A stretch of DNA of 64,000 bases from Candidatus Daviesbacteria bacterium RIFCSPLOWO2_01_FULL_39_23 (lineage in GTDB: Bacteria; Patescibacteriota; Microgenomatia; Daviesbacterales; UBA10151), in the NCBI GenBank assembly GCA_001776935.1, contig MFDN01000014.1, positions 1,464 to 65,463 of the forward strand. The letters are read 5' to 3'. How positions within the stretch are numbered: position 1 is the stretch's first letter; every line of letters begins with the position of its first letter. The notes under the pieces are model-generated. The model made no database searches. It saw nothing but the letters and a program-made list of their open reading frames with translations, and was not told the origin of the DNA. Shown piece by piece: positions 49,918-58,247 of this stretch. A program made the translations under genes and the position numbers.

Positions 49918-50745
49918 TTAATCTACCAAAGAAAGTAACTTAAGCGCCCCGCAAAAGCCTGCATCATGGCCTAATGTACCTAAAACTACTTCTGGTATCT
50001 GAGGAAATATTTTTAGTTCTTCAGTAAGGTGGGCTTTAACTCTGTCTAAAGGCAGGCTTTGTGATACAGATCCTCCCAAAACTAAAATATCAGGGGACCA
50101 ATGCACAATTGTATTATTTATCCCGATAGCTGCATATTTTGCTATTTCATCCCAGGCAGCAGGATCTTTTAAATCTTCTGCTTTTTGTCCGTAAATCCTT
50201 TCAATATTTTCCCCTCCGATATAGCTTTCCAGATGACCTTTGCCGCCGCAGTTGCAGGGTTTTCCGGAAGGTACAATAATTTGGTGGCCTGTTTCAAATC
50301 CTAAAGCATTTTCATCTATTTTGCCATCTTCTATTTTAGCTCCATTAACCCCTGTCCCAATATTTATAAAAGCGACAATTTTATTGCCTGCTCCTGCTCC
50401 GAAAACAGCTTCCCCTAATCCTCCTAAAGCAGTATCGTTTTCCAGCAGAACCCTGCACTCAAAGACGCTTTCCAGTTGAGTTTTAAAAGGTTTTTGAATC
50501 CATCCGGGAATGTGGGGAGATGCAACAAGCATAGATTTCGTTTTATCCAATGGCCCTGCAACAGATCCTGCTACGGCTGTTATTTTCTCTCCGCTGGACA
50601 GCTCTACTACAACTTGTTTTAAAGCCTCAATACCATTTTCAAACTCTTTTGGAGTTGGAACAATTTTGGATGATTTGATTGTTCTTCCGTCAGAGGATAT
50701 TGCTATCCTCATATTTGTTCCGCCGATATCAAAAACTAAAAACAT
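49918..50745 (-). CDS. ROK family sugar kinase (glucokinase-like)
   Basis: FDIGGTNMR, LENDT, IGTGVNG, ETGHQ, CNCGGKGHLE. Confidence 0.93.
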   Translation of the reverse strand: MFLVFDIGGTNMRIAISSDGRTIKSSKIVPTPKEFENGIEALKQVVVELSSGEKITAVAGSVAGPLDKTKSMLVASPHIPGWIQKPFKTQLESVFECRVLLENDTALGGLGEAVFGAGAGNKIVAFINIGTGVNGAKIEDGKIDENALGFETGHQIIVPSGKPCNCGGKGHLESYIGGENIERIYGQKAEDLKDPAAWDEIAKYAAIGINNTIVHWSPDILVLGGSVSQSLPLDRVKAHLTEELKIFPQIPEVVLGTLGHDAGFCGALKLLSLVD

Positions 50746-50880
50746 AGGGTATAGCGTATAGGGTACAGCGTATAGTTATAAAAATCAATCTCACTTATTT
50801 CTTACTTTTTCCTCATGTATTCCATAACTTATAGACTTAGAATCAAATGTATCTTAAGGAAAAAGGAGGTGATAAAAGAA

Positions 50881-51042
50881 ATGGTTACAAAAACATTAAT
50901 TGGCATGGGTACATTAATAATTGCTTTTGCAATAACCTTGGGGTTGGCATTGGCACAGTCACCAAGCCCAACAGCAACAGCCAGCCCGGCTGCCAGCCCG
51001 CAAGCACCTGCCGGAGCGCCGGCTACAGGCATGGGTTATTAA
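50881..51042 (+). CDS. 53-aa secreted Ser/Pro/Ala/Thr-rich peptide ending APATG-MGY, putative sortase substrate
   Basis: SD AAGGAGGTGA upstream; signal-like MVTKTLIGMGTLIIAFAITLGLALA; tail QSPSPTATASPAASPQAPAGAPATGMGY; 24 nt upstream of the sortase gene. Confidence 0.7.
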   Translation: MVTKTLIGMGTLIIAFAITLGLALAQSPSPTATASPAASPQAPAGAPATGMGY

Positions 51043-51066
51043 TGAGTGTTGTGATAACATAGCGAA

Positions 51067-51684
51067 GTGAAAAAGAAGTTATCAATTGTTTGGATTGTTA
51101 TTATTTTTGCTGTATTAGGAATGGTTGGAGGTACAGTTTTTGTAAACCGGAATCTTCAGGTATTACAGCAAACTGTGCCTCAAGCCGTACAAAAAGAGGC
51201 TGTAACGCCCATACTTGCTCAAAGTAAGGAAAGCGTGCAGGCGGCTGAGCCGCGGCTTATCAGTATTCCTAAAATTAATATCACTGCAGATGTGGAATCT
51301 GTTGGCGAGGATGAAAAAGGCAGGATGGCAGTTCCCGGGGAAGTAATGAATGTGGGATGGTATAAACTTGGCTATAAGCCCGGAGAAAAAGGCAGTGCGG
51401 TATTTGCAGGACATTTGGATAAAGTTACCGGTGAACCGGCAGTTTTTTATGATATCAGTAAATTATCAGCAGGTGATGAAATTATTGTAACGGACAAAAA
51501 CGGCAAAAAATTAACTTTTGAAGTTATTAAATCCCAAGTTTATCCCTTTGATGAAGTCCCACTTAAGGAGGTATTTCTTAGTACTGATAAAATCCGGTTG
51601 AATTTGATCACCTGTACAGGATCATGGAATAAAGATGATAAAAACTACTCCAACAGACTGGTTGTTTATTCTCAGCTGAAGTAA
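51067..51684 (+). CDS. Class F sortase
   Basis: N-terminal TM; ISIPKINITADV, VGWY, PGEKGSAVFAGHLD (His), LNLITCTG (Cys), NRLVVY (Arg). Confidence 0.93.
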   Translation: MKKKLSIVWIVIIFAVLGMVGGTVFVNRNLQVLQQTVPQAVQKEAVTPILAQSKESVQAAEPRLISIPKINITADVESVGEDEKGRMAVPGEVMNVGWYKLGYKPGEKGSAVFAGHLDKVTGEPAVFYDISKLSAGDEIIVTDKNGKKLTFEVIKSQVYPFDEVPLKEVFLSTDKIRLNLITCTGSWNKDDKNYSNRLVVYSQLK

Positions 51685-51724
51685 TCCCACCTCGGAGGTA
51701 GGAGTACAATGACACGTAGGGTTT
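51685..51724. repeat. RAYT-type REP palindrome, distal copy
   Basis: TCCCACCTCGGAGGTAGGA...TGACACGTAGGGTTT; matches 56176-56215 and 56816-56876. Confidence 0.85.
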
Positions 51725-52385
51725 AGAAGGCTTCCAAGACTTTCAAAAGTTGCGCAAGATTTTCATCAGGATCACCTTTCATTAAAAAAGAGCCCAAAAT
51801 AAGCGAATCTGCTCCTGCTTCCAAAATTTCTCCGGCATTAGTATCTTTAACAGCTCCGTCAACAGAAATTTTTACCGGCCATCCTTTTGATTTTATTTCC
51901 CTGATTTTATGTATGGTTTCCGGTACAAAAGGCTGGCCCTGAAAGCCTGGGGTGACTCCCATAACCAAAACTCTATCCACAATTTGAGAATACGGCTCTA
52001 GAGCTTTAATGTCAGTATCAGGATTAATTGCCAACACGCTTTCTGCAACCCCTCTTTTTATCAGCTCAATATATCCGGCAATATCTTCATCTGCTTCAAT
52101 ATGAATAATTATCCGGGCAAATCCCAGTTCCAAACATCTTTTAATCCAGCTTTTTGGCTGTTTGACCATAAGATGTGCCTCTTTTTTTAAAGCCCCAAAA
52201 TCCATATTTGCTAAATCATCCGGATTAATGCTTTTGTTGGGTACTAAGATATTGTCCATAAAATCCACATGAACCCAGCCGGAGTTTAAAGTCTTAGAGC
52301 TTAATAATTTATTTAGATCAACTTTAAAGTCCTCAATATTTTTGCTTAAAATCGCAGGAATAATTTCTTCGGGGATTTTAACCAT
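51723..52385 (-). CDS. rpe: Ribulose-phosphate 3-epimerase
   Basis: IIPAILS, VHVDFMD, EAHLMV, VMGVTPGFQGQ, VDGAV; probable start MVKIPEE at 52385. Confidence 0.92.
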   Translation of the reverse strand: MVKIPEEIIPAILSKNIEDFKVDLNKLLSSKTLNSGWVHVDFMDNILVPNKSINPDDLANMDFGALKKEAHLMVKQPKSWIKRCLELGFARIIIHIEADEDIAGYIELIKRGVAESVLAINPDTDIKALEPYSQIVDRVLVMGVTPGFQGQPFVPETIHKIREIKSKGWPVKISVDGAVKDTNAGEILEAGADSLILGSFLMKGDPDENLAQLLKVLEAF

Positions 52386-52456
52386 TTGAAACATTTTAAC
52401 ATAAGTCTTTTTGCTTGCTTCCAAAGATAAAAAAGAGTAAGATGAGCGTCCTCTAA

Positions 52457-53308
52457 ATGATGGAACTAATAGAATCGACTAAGTATAAATTACCGGATAG
52501 CAGTCGTCATCTTCCAAAAAATCCAAGGCCCTTGGCCAGACCAGATATTAGGAATGATCTCGTAGAAGGTGATCCCGGAGTGATGTTTTCCTCCTTAGAA
52601 CCTCTAATGGGTGAATTAGGATTTTGTGAGGATAAGAAATTCCGTGATAGGGTTTCCCGTAAGGGCAGGTGGCGCATTTGGACTCGAGTTGTGGATATAC
52701 CAAATTTTCCTGAAGGCGAGACACGTGTTAATTCATTCCTGGCCTATTACAAGCCTGATAAGATAGCAACAGCTCCAAGGGTACTGTTGAGGCAATCGTT
52801 GAGTTCCTTAGATGAGGAAGAGATTTCAAAAGATCTTGCGGAATTTACAAGGCATTTTGTAGAAAGACCAACACTTCGAAGACTTCCTAATACAGCTTTA
52901 GCAAACCAAAGAGGGTTTCAATATGCAGAATCTGCTGCTTTAGGAGCTTTGGTAGGAGGAGTTGTTCAGGCATTGAGAGGCAGGGGAGTTTCCGAAGGAA
53001 GAAATCCCTCTGTTGCGAGGGGGGTGCTTATTGGGGGTATTGCATTTCCGGTAATTACAGGTGCTTTGCATTACATGGGAGAAAGATCCGCCCGAAGCAG
53101 GATACCTCGTATAGATCAATACCAGGCAGGTGAATATGTTTGGGATGCTTTAGTTGCTGAATTCAGGCATAGGCTTACTGTATCTATTCAGCAAGATGAT
53201 TTCAGAAGGGATTGGATTAATCGAGCGGAGTTTAAAGGACTACCGCCTGAAGACTTAGCTGTAAAATATTTAGAGAACTATTATGGTGTGGACGGGCAGA
53301 AAAAGTAA
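52457..53308 (+). CDS. Hypothetical orphan with two glycine-rich hydrophobic segments
   Basis: 283 aa; AALGALVGGVV and GVLIGGIAFPVITGAL. Confidence 0.65.
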   Translation: MMELIESTKYKLPDSSRHLPKNPRPLARPDIRNDLVEGDPGVMFSSLEPLMGELGFCEDKKFRDRVSRKGRWRIWTRVVDIPNFPEGETRVNSFLAYYKPDKIATAPRVLLRQSLSSLDEEEISKDLAEFTRHFVERPTLRRLPNTALANQRGFQYAESAALGALVGGVVQALRGRGVSEGRNPSVARGVLIGGIAFPVITGALHYMGERSARSRIPRIDQYQAGEYVWDALVAEFRHRLTVSIQQDDFRRDWINRAEFKGLPPEDLAVKYLENYYGVDGQKK

Positions 53309-53368
53309 GGGAAAATATGACTTTTGTTATTGACTATTGGATAAAGTTTTGTTAGGCTCATAGGATCA

Positions 53369-55207
53369 ATGGAGATTAAAAAACTTGAGACTTTTGCAAA
53401 ACTAATCAGGTATTTTATTTTAACTTCCACCACTAAAGCGGGCACAGGTCATCCCACGTCTTCTCTTTCTGCAGTAGAGTTAACCACCGCCCTTATGTTT
53501 GGCGGTTTTTTTAGATTTAACCTTAAAGATCCAAAAAATCCCAGAAATGACCGTTTAATTTTTTCTAAAGGGCATGCATCTCCGCTATTTTATTCTCTGT
53601 ATGCTGCTGCCGGTGCAATTACAGAAGAGGAGTTATTAACTTTGAGAAAATTTGGGAGCAGATTAGAAGGTCACCCGACTATGGATTTCCCCTATACGGA
53701 GGCGCCAACGGGATCCTTGGGTCAGGGCTTATCTGCAGGTGTGGGCATGGCTTTAAACAGCAAATATTTGGATAAAACTAACTACAAAACCTATGTTTTA
53801 CTGGGGGATTCTGAGATGGCGGAGGGGTCTGTTTGGGAAGCAATACAATCTGCAAGCTTTTATAAATTGGACAACCTGATTGGAATCTTAGATGTGAACC
53901 GTCTGGGCCAAAGCCGGGAAACCATGCTGGGGCACCATATAGAAATTTATCAAAAAAGAATTGCCTCTTTTGGCTGGGAAACAATTGTTGTTAAAAACGG
54001 CCATGATTTTAAGGAAGTTATAGCAGCCCTTGAAAAAGCTGTAAAAGTTAAAGAAAAGCCGGTCATGATTATTGCCAAGACCCTAAAAGGCAGGGGTGTT
54101 TCTTTTCTGGAAGACAAAGACGGCTGGCACGGAAAAGCAATTCCGGAAAAAGACCTGCAGTCTGCCTTAAGCGAACTGGGTGAAATCGATAAAAAAATCC
54201 GCGGCAAGATTGCGTTACCTTCTAAACCTAAACCTCAAACTAAGCCATCCACCCCCCAACCCCCACAACCTATTACCTATTCCATAGGTGATTCCATCGC
54301 AACCCGTAAAGCCTACGGAAACGCCTTAATCAGGCTTTTTCCCAAATATCCTAATATGGTGGTGATGGACGGAGAAACTTCCAACTCTACTTATTCAGAA
54401 CTTTTTGCCAAAGCCAACCCCAAAAATTATTTTGAAATGTTTATTGCAGAACAAAATATGGTCGGAGCAGCTACAGGCCTTTCCAGAATGGGTAAGATTC
54501 CTTTTATTTCCACTTTTGCTGCCTTTTATGCCAGGGCTTTTGACCAAATCAGGATGGCTCAATACGCAGACACCAATGTTAAATTTGTCGGTTCGCACGC
54601 AGGGGTTTCAATCGGTGAAGATGGTGCCTCGCAAATGGGGTTGGAGGACATTGCCATGTTCCGCAGCATTTTAGGCAGTGTTATTTTATATCCTTCTGAC
54701 GCAGTATCTGCCGACCGGCTGACGGAAGAAGCGGCAAAACATAAGGGCATTGTTTATATCCGGACAACCAGAAAAGAAGCACCGGTAATTTACGGTAGTG
54801 GCGAAAAATTCCCGATTGGCGGCAGCAAAACTGTTAAAAGTAGTCCTTTTGATAAAGTTACTGTAATTGGAGCCGGTGTAACGCTGCATGAGGCTTTAGG
54901 AGCCTATGAGATTTTAAAAGAAAAAGAAATAACAATTAGGGTAGTTGACCTTTATTCAATTATGCCTCTGGATATTAAAACCCTGCAAAAGTGCATGAAT
55001 GATACACAGGCAATTATTGTGGTGGAGGATCACCATACAGGTGGCGGAATAGGGGAAGCTGTAGCTTCTGTGTTGTCCGGTTCAGGTAAGCCGGTTATAA
55101 AAATGGCTGTAGAAAAAATGCCCAGAAGCGGCAAGCCGGATGAGCTCTTGGAATATGAAGGAATCTCCGCTTCTGCAATAGTCAAAAAAGTGCAAAAAAT
55201 AGTATAA
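53369..55207 (+). CDS. tkt: Transketolase
   Basis: GHPTSSLS, SKGHAS, TGSLGQG, GDSEMAEGSVWEA ThDP motif, IAEQNM, GEDGASQM. Confidence 0.96.
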   Translation: MEIKKLETFAKLIRYFILTSTTKAGTGHPTSSLSAVELTTALMFGGFFRFNLKDPKNPRNDRLIFSKGHASPLFYSLYAAAGAITEEELLTLRKFGSRLEGHPTMDFPYTEAPTGSLGQGLSAGVGMALNSKYLDKTNYKTYVLLGDSEMAEGSVWEAIQSASFYKLDNLIGILDVNRLGQSRETMLGHHIEIYQKRIASFGWETIVVKNGHDFKEVIAALEKAVKVKEKPVMIIAKTLKGRGVSFLEDKDGWHGKAIPEKDLQSALSELGEIDKKIRGKIALPSKPKPQTKPSTPQPPQPITYSIGDSIATRKAYGNALIRLFPKYPNMVVMDGETSNSTYSELFAKANPKNYFEMFIAEQNMVGAATGLSRMGKIPFISTFAAFYARAFDQIRMAQYADTNVKFVGSHAGVSIGEDGASQMGLEDIAMFRSILGSVILYPSDAVSADRLTEEAAKHKGIVYIRTTRKEAPVIYGSGEKFPIGGSKTVKSSPFDKVTVIGAGVTLHEALGAYEILKEKEITIRVVDLYSIMPLDIKTLQKCMNDTQAIIVVEDHHTGGGIGEAVASVLSGSGKPVIKMAVEKMPRSGKPDELLEYEGISASAIVKKVQKIV

Positions 55208-55214
55208 TTAGTGT

Positions 55215-55325
55215 AGCAATTAGGCATTATTCTTCGATCCGGCCCTGCCGGAGAGAAGTTTCCTTAATAATATTCATCATTAATATTTTTAAGGTATGTT
55301 CTCGGATGCACTCGAACAATAATTT
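55215..55325 (+). promoter_or_regulatory. Structured intergenic RNA leader upstream of tal
   Basis: TATAAT at 55203-55208; hairpins CTTC-GA-TCCGGC/GCCGGA-GA-GAAG, CCTTAATAATATT/AATATTTTTAAGG and TGTTC/GAACA. Confidence 0.4.
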
Positions 55326-55330
55326 AAAGT

Positions 55331-56173
55331 ATGAAACCTAATAACCTTAAAACCAAAATCTTTTTAGACAGCGGTGATCCCAAGGAAACTGAAGAAATCA
55401 AAAACCTGCTGGGTTTTTTGGACGGCCAAACCACCAATCCTTCTTTAATTGCCAAAAACCCTGATGCCTTGGGCAAAAAATTCTCCAAAGAAGAAATCGC
55501 CTCATTTTATAAAGATGTAGTTGAAAAAGTTAATTCAATTATTCCGGAAGGCTCAATTTCCATAGAAGTTTATGCGGATAAAGATTCTACCTCTGATGTT
55601 CTTTTGGAAGAAGGCCGCAAAATGTTTTCCTGGATCCCAAATGCCCATATTAAATATCCAATCACAAAAGCAGGCCTGGAAGCAGCAGAAAAATCCGTGA
55701 AAGAGGGGATCAGGTTGAATATGACTCTCTGCTTTTCACAGGAACAGGCAGCTGCTGTTTATTCTGCAACAAGTGGGGGGGGAAATACCTATGTTTCCCC
55801 TTTTGCCGGCAGGTGGGATGATAAAGGCTTTAACGGTATGGATTTAATAAAAAACATTTTAAAAATGTATGAAAACGGTGACGGACACGTAAAAGTTTTG
55901 GCAGCCTCTATCAGAAATATGGATCATTTTTTGTGTTCGCTTGCTATGGGAGCAGATATTATTACAGCTCCTTTTAAAATCCTGAAAGAATGGGCAGATA
56001 ATGGAATGCAAATCCCCGGGCCTGATTATGTTTATCCCAAAGGGGAGTTAAAAGAAATTCCTTATCAGGAAATTAGTTTGGATAAGCCATGGCAGGAATA
56101 TGAAATCTTACACGAAATGACAGACGCAGGCCTGGAAAAATTCTCCACAGACTGGAACAACCTTATTGCCTAA
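55331..56173 (+). CDS. tal: Transaldolase
   Basis: IFLDSGD, GQTTNPSL, SISIEV, IKYP catalytic Lys, NMTLCFS, YVSPFAGRWDD, VLAASIR. Confidence 0.94.
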   Translation: MKPNNLKTKIFLDSGDPKETEEIKNLLGFLDGQTTNPSLIAKNPDALGKKFSKEEIASFYKDVVEKVNSIIPEGSISIEVYADKDSTSDVLLEEGRKMFSWIPNAHIKYPITKAGLEAAEKSVKEGIRLNMTLCFSQEQAAAVYSATSGGGNTYVSPFAGRWDDKGFNGMDLIKNILKMYENGDGHVKVLAASIRNMDHFLCSLAMGADIITAPFKILKEWADNGMQIPGPDYVYPKGELKEIPYQEISLDKPWQEYEILHEMTDAGLEKFSTDWNNLIA

Positions 56174-56175
56174 AA

Positions 56176-56215
56176 TCCTACCTCCGAGGTAGAAATGAGG
56201 CTATACCTAGGGTTT
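56176..56215. repeat. REP palindrome downstream of the RAYT-like gene
   Basis: TCCTACCTCCGAGGTAGAA...ATACCTAGGGTTT. Confidence 0.85.
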
Positions 56216-56217
56216 AT

Positions 56218-56795
56218 CTATTCCTCCAAAGCTAAGTGTTTTATTAATTCTAATTTTTGAGCATAGTCAACTTGGTCTAAAACAAACTCTTCATACGTAT
56301 GTTCGCTTTTGAACATAGAAAGAACAAAATCTTTGGAACAGGCTTTATCAAACTGCGAACTAATATAATTCTGATAAGAGGACCAGGGATACTCTTTCAA
56401 ATCCTTTACAAGGAAGGAGGCGATGGGATTTAGGTGAATATATCGTGAGACATGAATTAATTGTTCATCAGATTCAATCCTCAGAGCCTTAAATTGACCT
56501 TGTAGCAGAGGCCCTACCCGACTATATCTGGTATTAAAATATTTTGTATAACTGTTAGATATCTTGCTGATAAATTCAGAAATACCATTATCCTGAATCT
56601 GCCGAATTAAAAAATGATAGTGGTTGGGCATTAGGCAGTAACAAAGTATTTCTATAATTTTTTTATTTTTCTCAAACTTAAAATCCTTAAATCTATTAAG
56701 CTGAGAAAATTGAGGTTTAGGACCTTGATACTGATAATAGTAATAAATACATGATAAATCTGATCGTTTACTAGGGGAGTTTTACGATAGGGCAT
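56218..56795 (-). mobile_element. REP-associated tyrosine (HUH, Y1/IS200-like) transposase, internally deleted and frameshifted
   Basis: CYCLMPNHYHFL HUH motif, YTKYFN..Y.R.GPL.QGQFK, RYIHLNP, YPWSSY; the N-terminal MPYRKTPLVNDQIYHVF is in another frame and the expected NRG segment is missing. Confidence 0.85.
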
Positions 56796-56815
56796 TAATA
56801 AGACTAAATCACATA

Positions 56816-56876
56816 AAACCCTACGTGTCAATATGTTTTCACCTCGGAGGTAGGAGTGCGTTGATACCTAGGGTTT
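56816..56876. repeat. REPIN-like nested inverted repeat upstream of the RAYT-like gene
   Basis: AAACCCTACGTGTCAA ... TTCACCTCGGAGGTAGGA ... TTGATACCTAGGGTTT. Confidence 0.85.
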
Positions 56877-56882
56877 TAGTAT

Positions 56883-57584
56883 TTAAGCATTTAGAAACTT
56901 GAGGATTTTGTCTTTTTCTTCCAAAGATTCAACTGCTAAATCAGCATGCATAAGCTCGTGAATTTTATGATGTCCTGCTCCTACTGCTATTACCGGTATG
57001 CCGCCGGCTCTGGCGCAGGCAATATCCAAGGGAGCGTCTCCAATAATGACCAGCCTTTCCAAGGGTACATCTTCTTTTAATATTTTACTCACCTGTTGGC
57101 GGGCGATTTCAATTAAATCTACCCTTTTAAACGCCATTGAACCAAAAGCCCCGAATGAAAAAAAATCTTTAATTCCGGCCCTTGCGAGCTTATTCCACGA
57201 TATCTCAGCAACATTGCCGGTTAAAAGCCCAAGGGTATCTCCGTGTGCTTTCAGCGCTGATAACAGAGCAACAACTCCCGGCATCGGTGTATAGGTTCCT
57301 TCATTTGCATGTTCATTAAAATACTTAATCATTGCTTCAATCGCCTGAGGCATTTTAATTTTTGCTTCTTCTTCTGAAACTCCATGTAATGCCAAGGTTT
57401 CGATTAAAATCTGAGTATCTATTTTTCCCTGTCCCATTACTTCTTTTTGCGAAGCAGTTGGCTGGTTATAAACAGTATGCAAAGCATAATCAAAAGCCTC
57501 GTGGTGAACTTTGTTTCCGATATCCCCGCCTTTAAGCAATGTCCAATCTACATCAAAAAGAGGGATTTTAAATTTATCCTGCAT
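56883..57584 (-). CDS. HAD family hydrolase (phosphoglycolate-phosphatase-like)
   Basis: LFDVDWTLL, LLTGN, IIGDAPLDIACA; probable start MQDKFK at 57584. Confidence 0.9.
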   Translation of the reverse strand: MQDKFKIPLFDVDWTLLKGGDIGNKVHHEAFDYALHTVYNQPTASQKEVMGQGKIDTQILIETLALHGVSEEEAKIKMPQAIEAMIKYFNEHANEGTYTPMPGVVALLSALKAHGDTLGLLTGNVAEISWNKLARAGIKDFFSFGAFGSMAFKRVDLIEIARQQVSKILKEDVPLERLVIIGDAPLDIACARAGGIPVIAVGAGHHKIHELMHADLAVESLEEKDKILKFLNA

Positions 57585-58200
57585 TTTTAGGTTCCTTGTA
57601 GAATTCCGGGTTATTGAACAAATTAACAATTTCAATCTTTGCAGTTTTGTAAGGCACGGCATCAAAACAATCGCAGTATTGGTTAAACATGGCTTCTATA
57701 TAAAGCCCGCCTGATTTTGATTTTACATCATTTAAATCAACCTTGTTCTCAAAATAAGAAGCCGGAAAACTATCATGAAAGCTGATAACTTTGGCTATAT
57801 AAGAGATGACTTCATCCGGTAAAGATAACCCCTGAAGTAGTTGGGGGACAAGCCCGGATCCTTTTTGCTCATGTCCCGGACAGCTGGTTTGGACGTTGGC
57901 ATCTGTTTTTAAAATTCCCGGCAATGATTTACCTATATCATGAAGCAGGGCAATTAAAATCAAAATGTCAGCACTTTTTATTCCGGTAATATCTTCATTT
58001 ATAAATTTAAAAAATAAATCTTTTGCCAGTGGATTGGTAATAAATTCTCCGGTAATTTCTCTTTGGGCAATATCTTTTGTTTTAATAGAATGAGAGTAGG
58101 CATCCTCATGGTTATGATAGCCGTTATTTTCGACAACGCTTTTTAGTTTTAAAAACAGGGGGTTTTGAATTATTTTTGAAATTGTACTCTCAAGGTCCAT
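57574..58200 (-). CDS. HD-domain phosphohydrolase
   Basis: YHNHEDAYSHS, ALLHDIGK, GHEQKG, VISFHD. Confidence 0.85.
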   Translation of the reverse strand: MDLESTISKIIQNPLFLKLKSVVENNGYHNHEDAYSHSIKTKDIAQREITGEFITNPLAKDLFFKFINEDITGIKSADILILIALLHDIGKSLPGILKTDANVQTSCPGHEQKGSGLVPQLLQGLSLPDEVISYIAKVISFHDSFPASYFENKVDLNDVKSKSGGLYIEAMFNQYCDCFDAVPYKTAKIEIVNLFNNPEFYKEPKNAG

Positions 58201-58247
58201 AATATTTTAATTATACATAATGCAAAGGTGTGTTAAAATAGATTTTT

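Noticed and set aside
50815-51062. Overlapping alternative ORFs 50829..51032(-) and 50847..51062(+), and the 50815 start
   Set aside because: Only the 50881 ATG has an SD and yields a coherent signal peptide plus sorting motif
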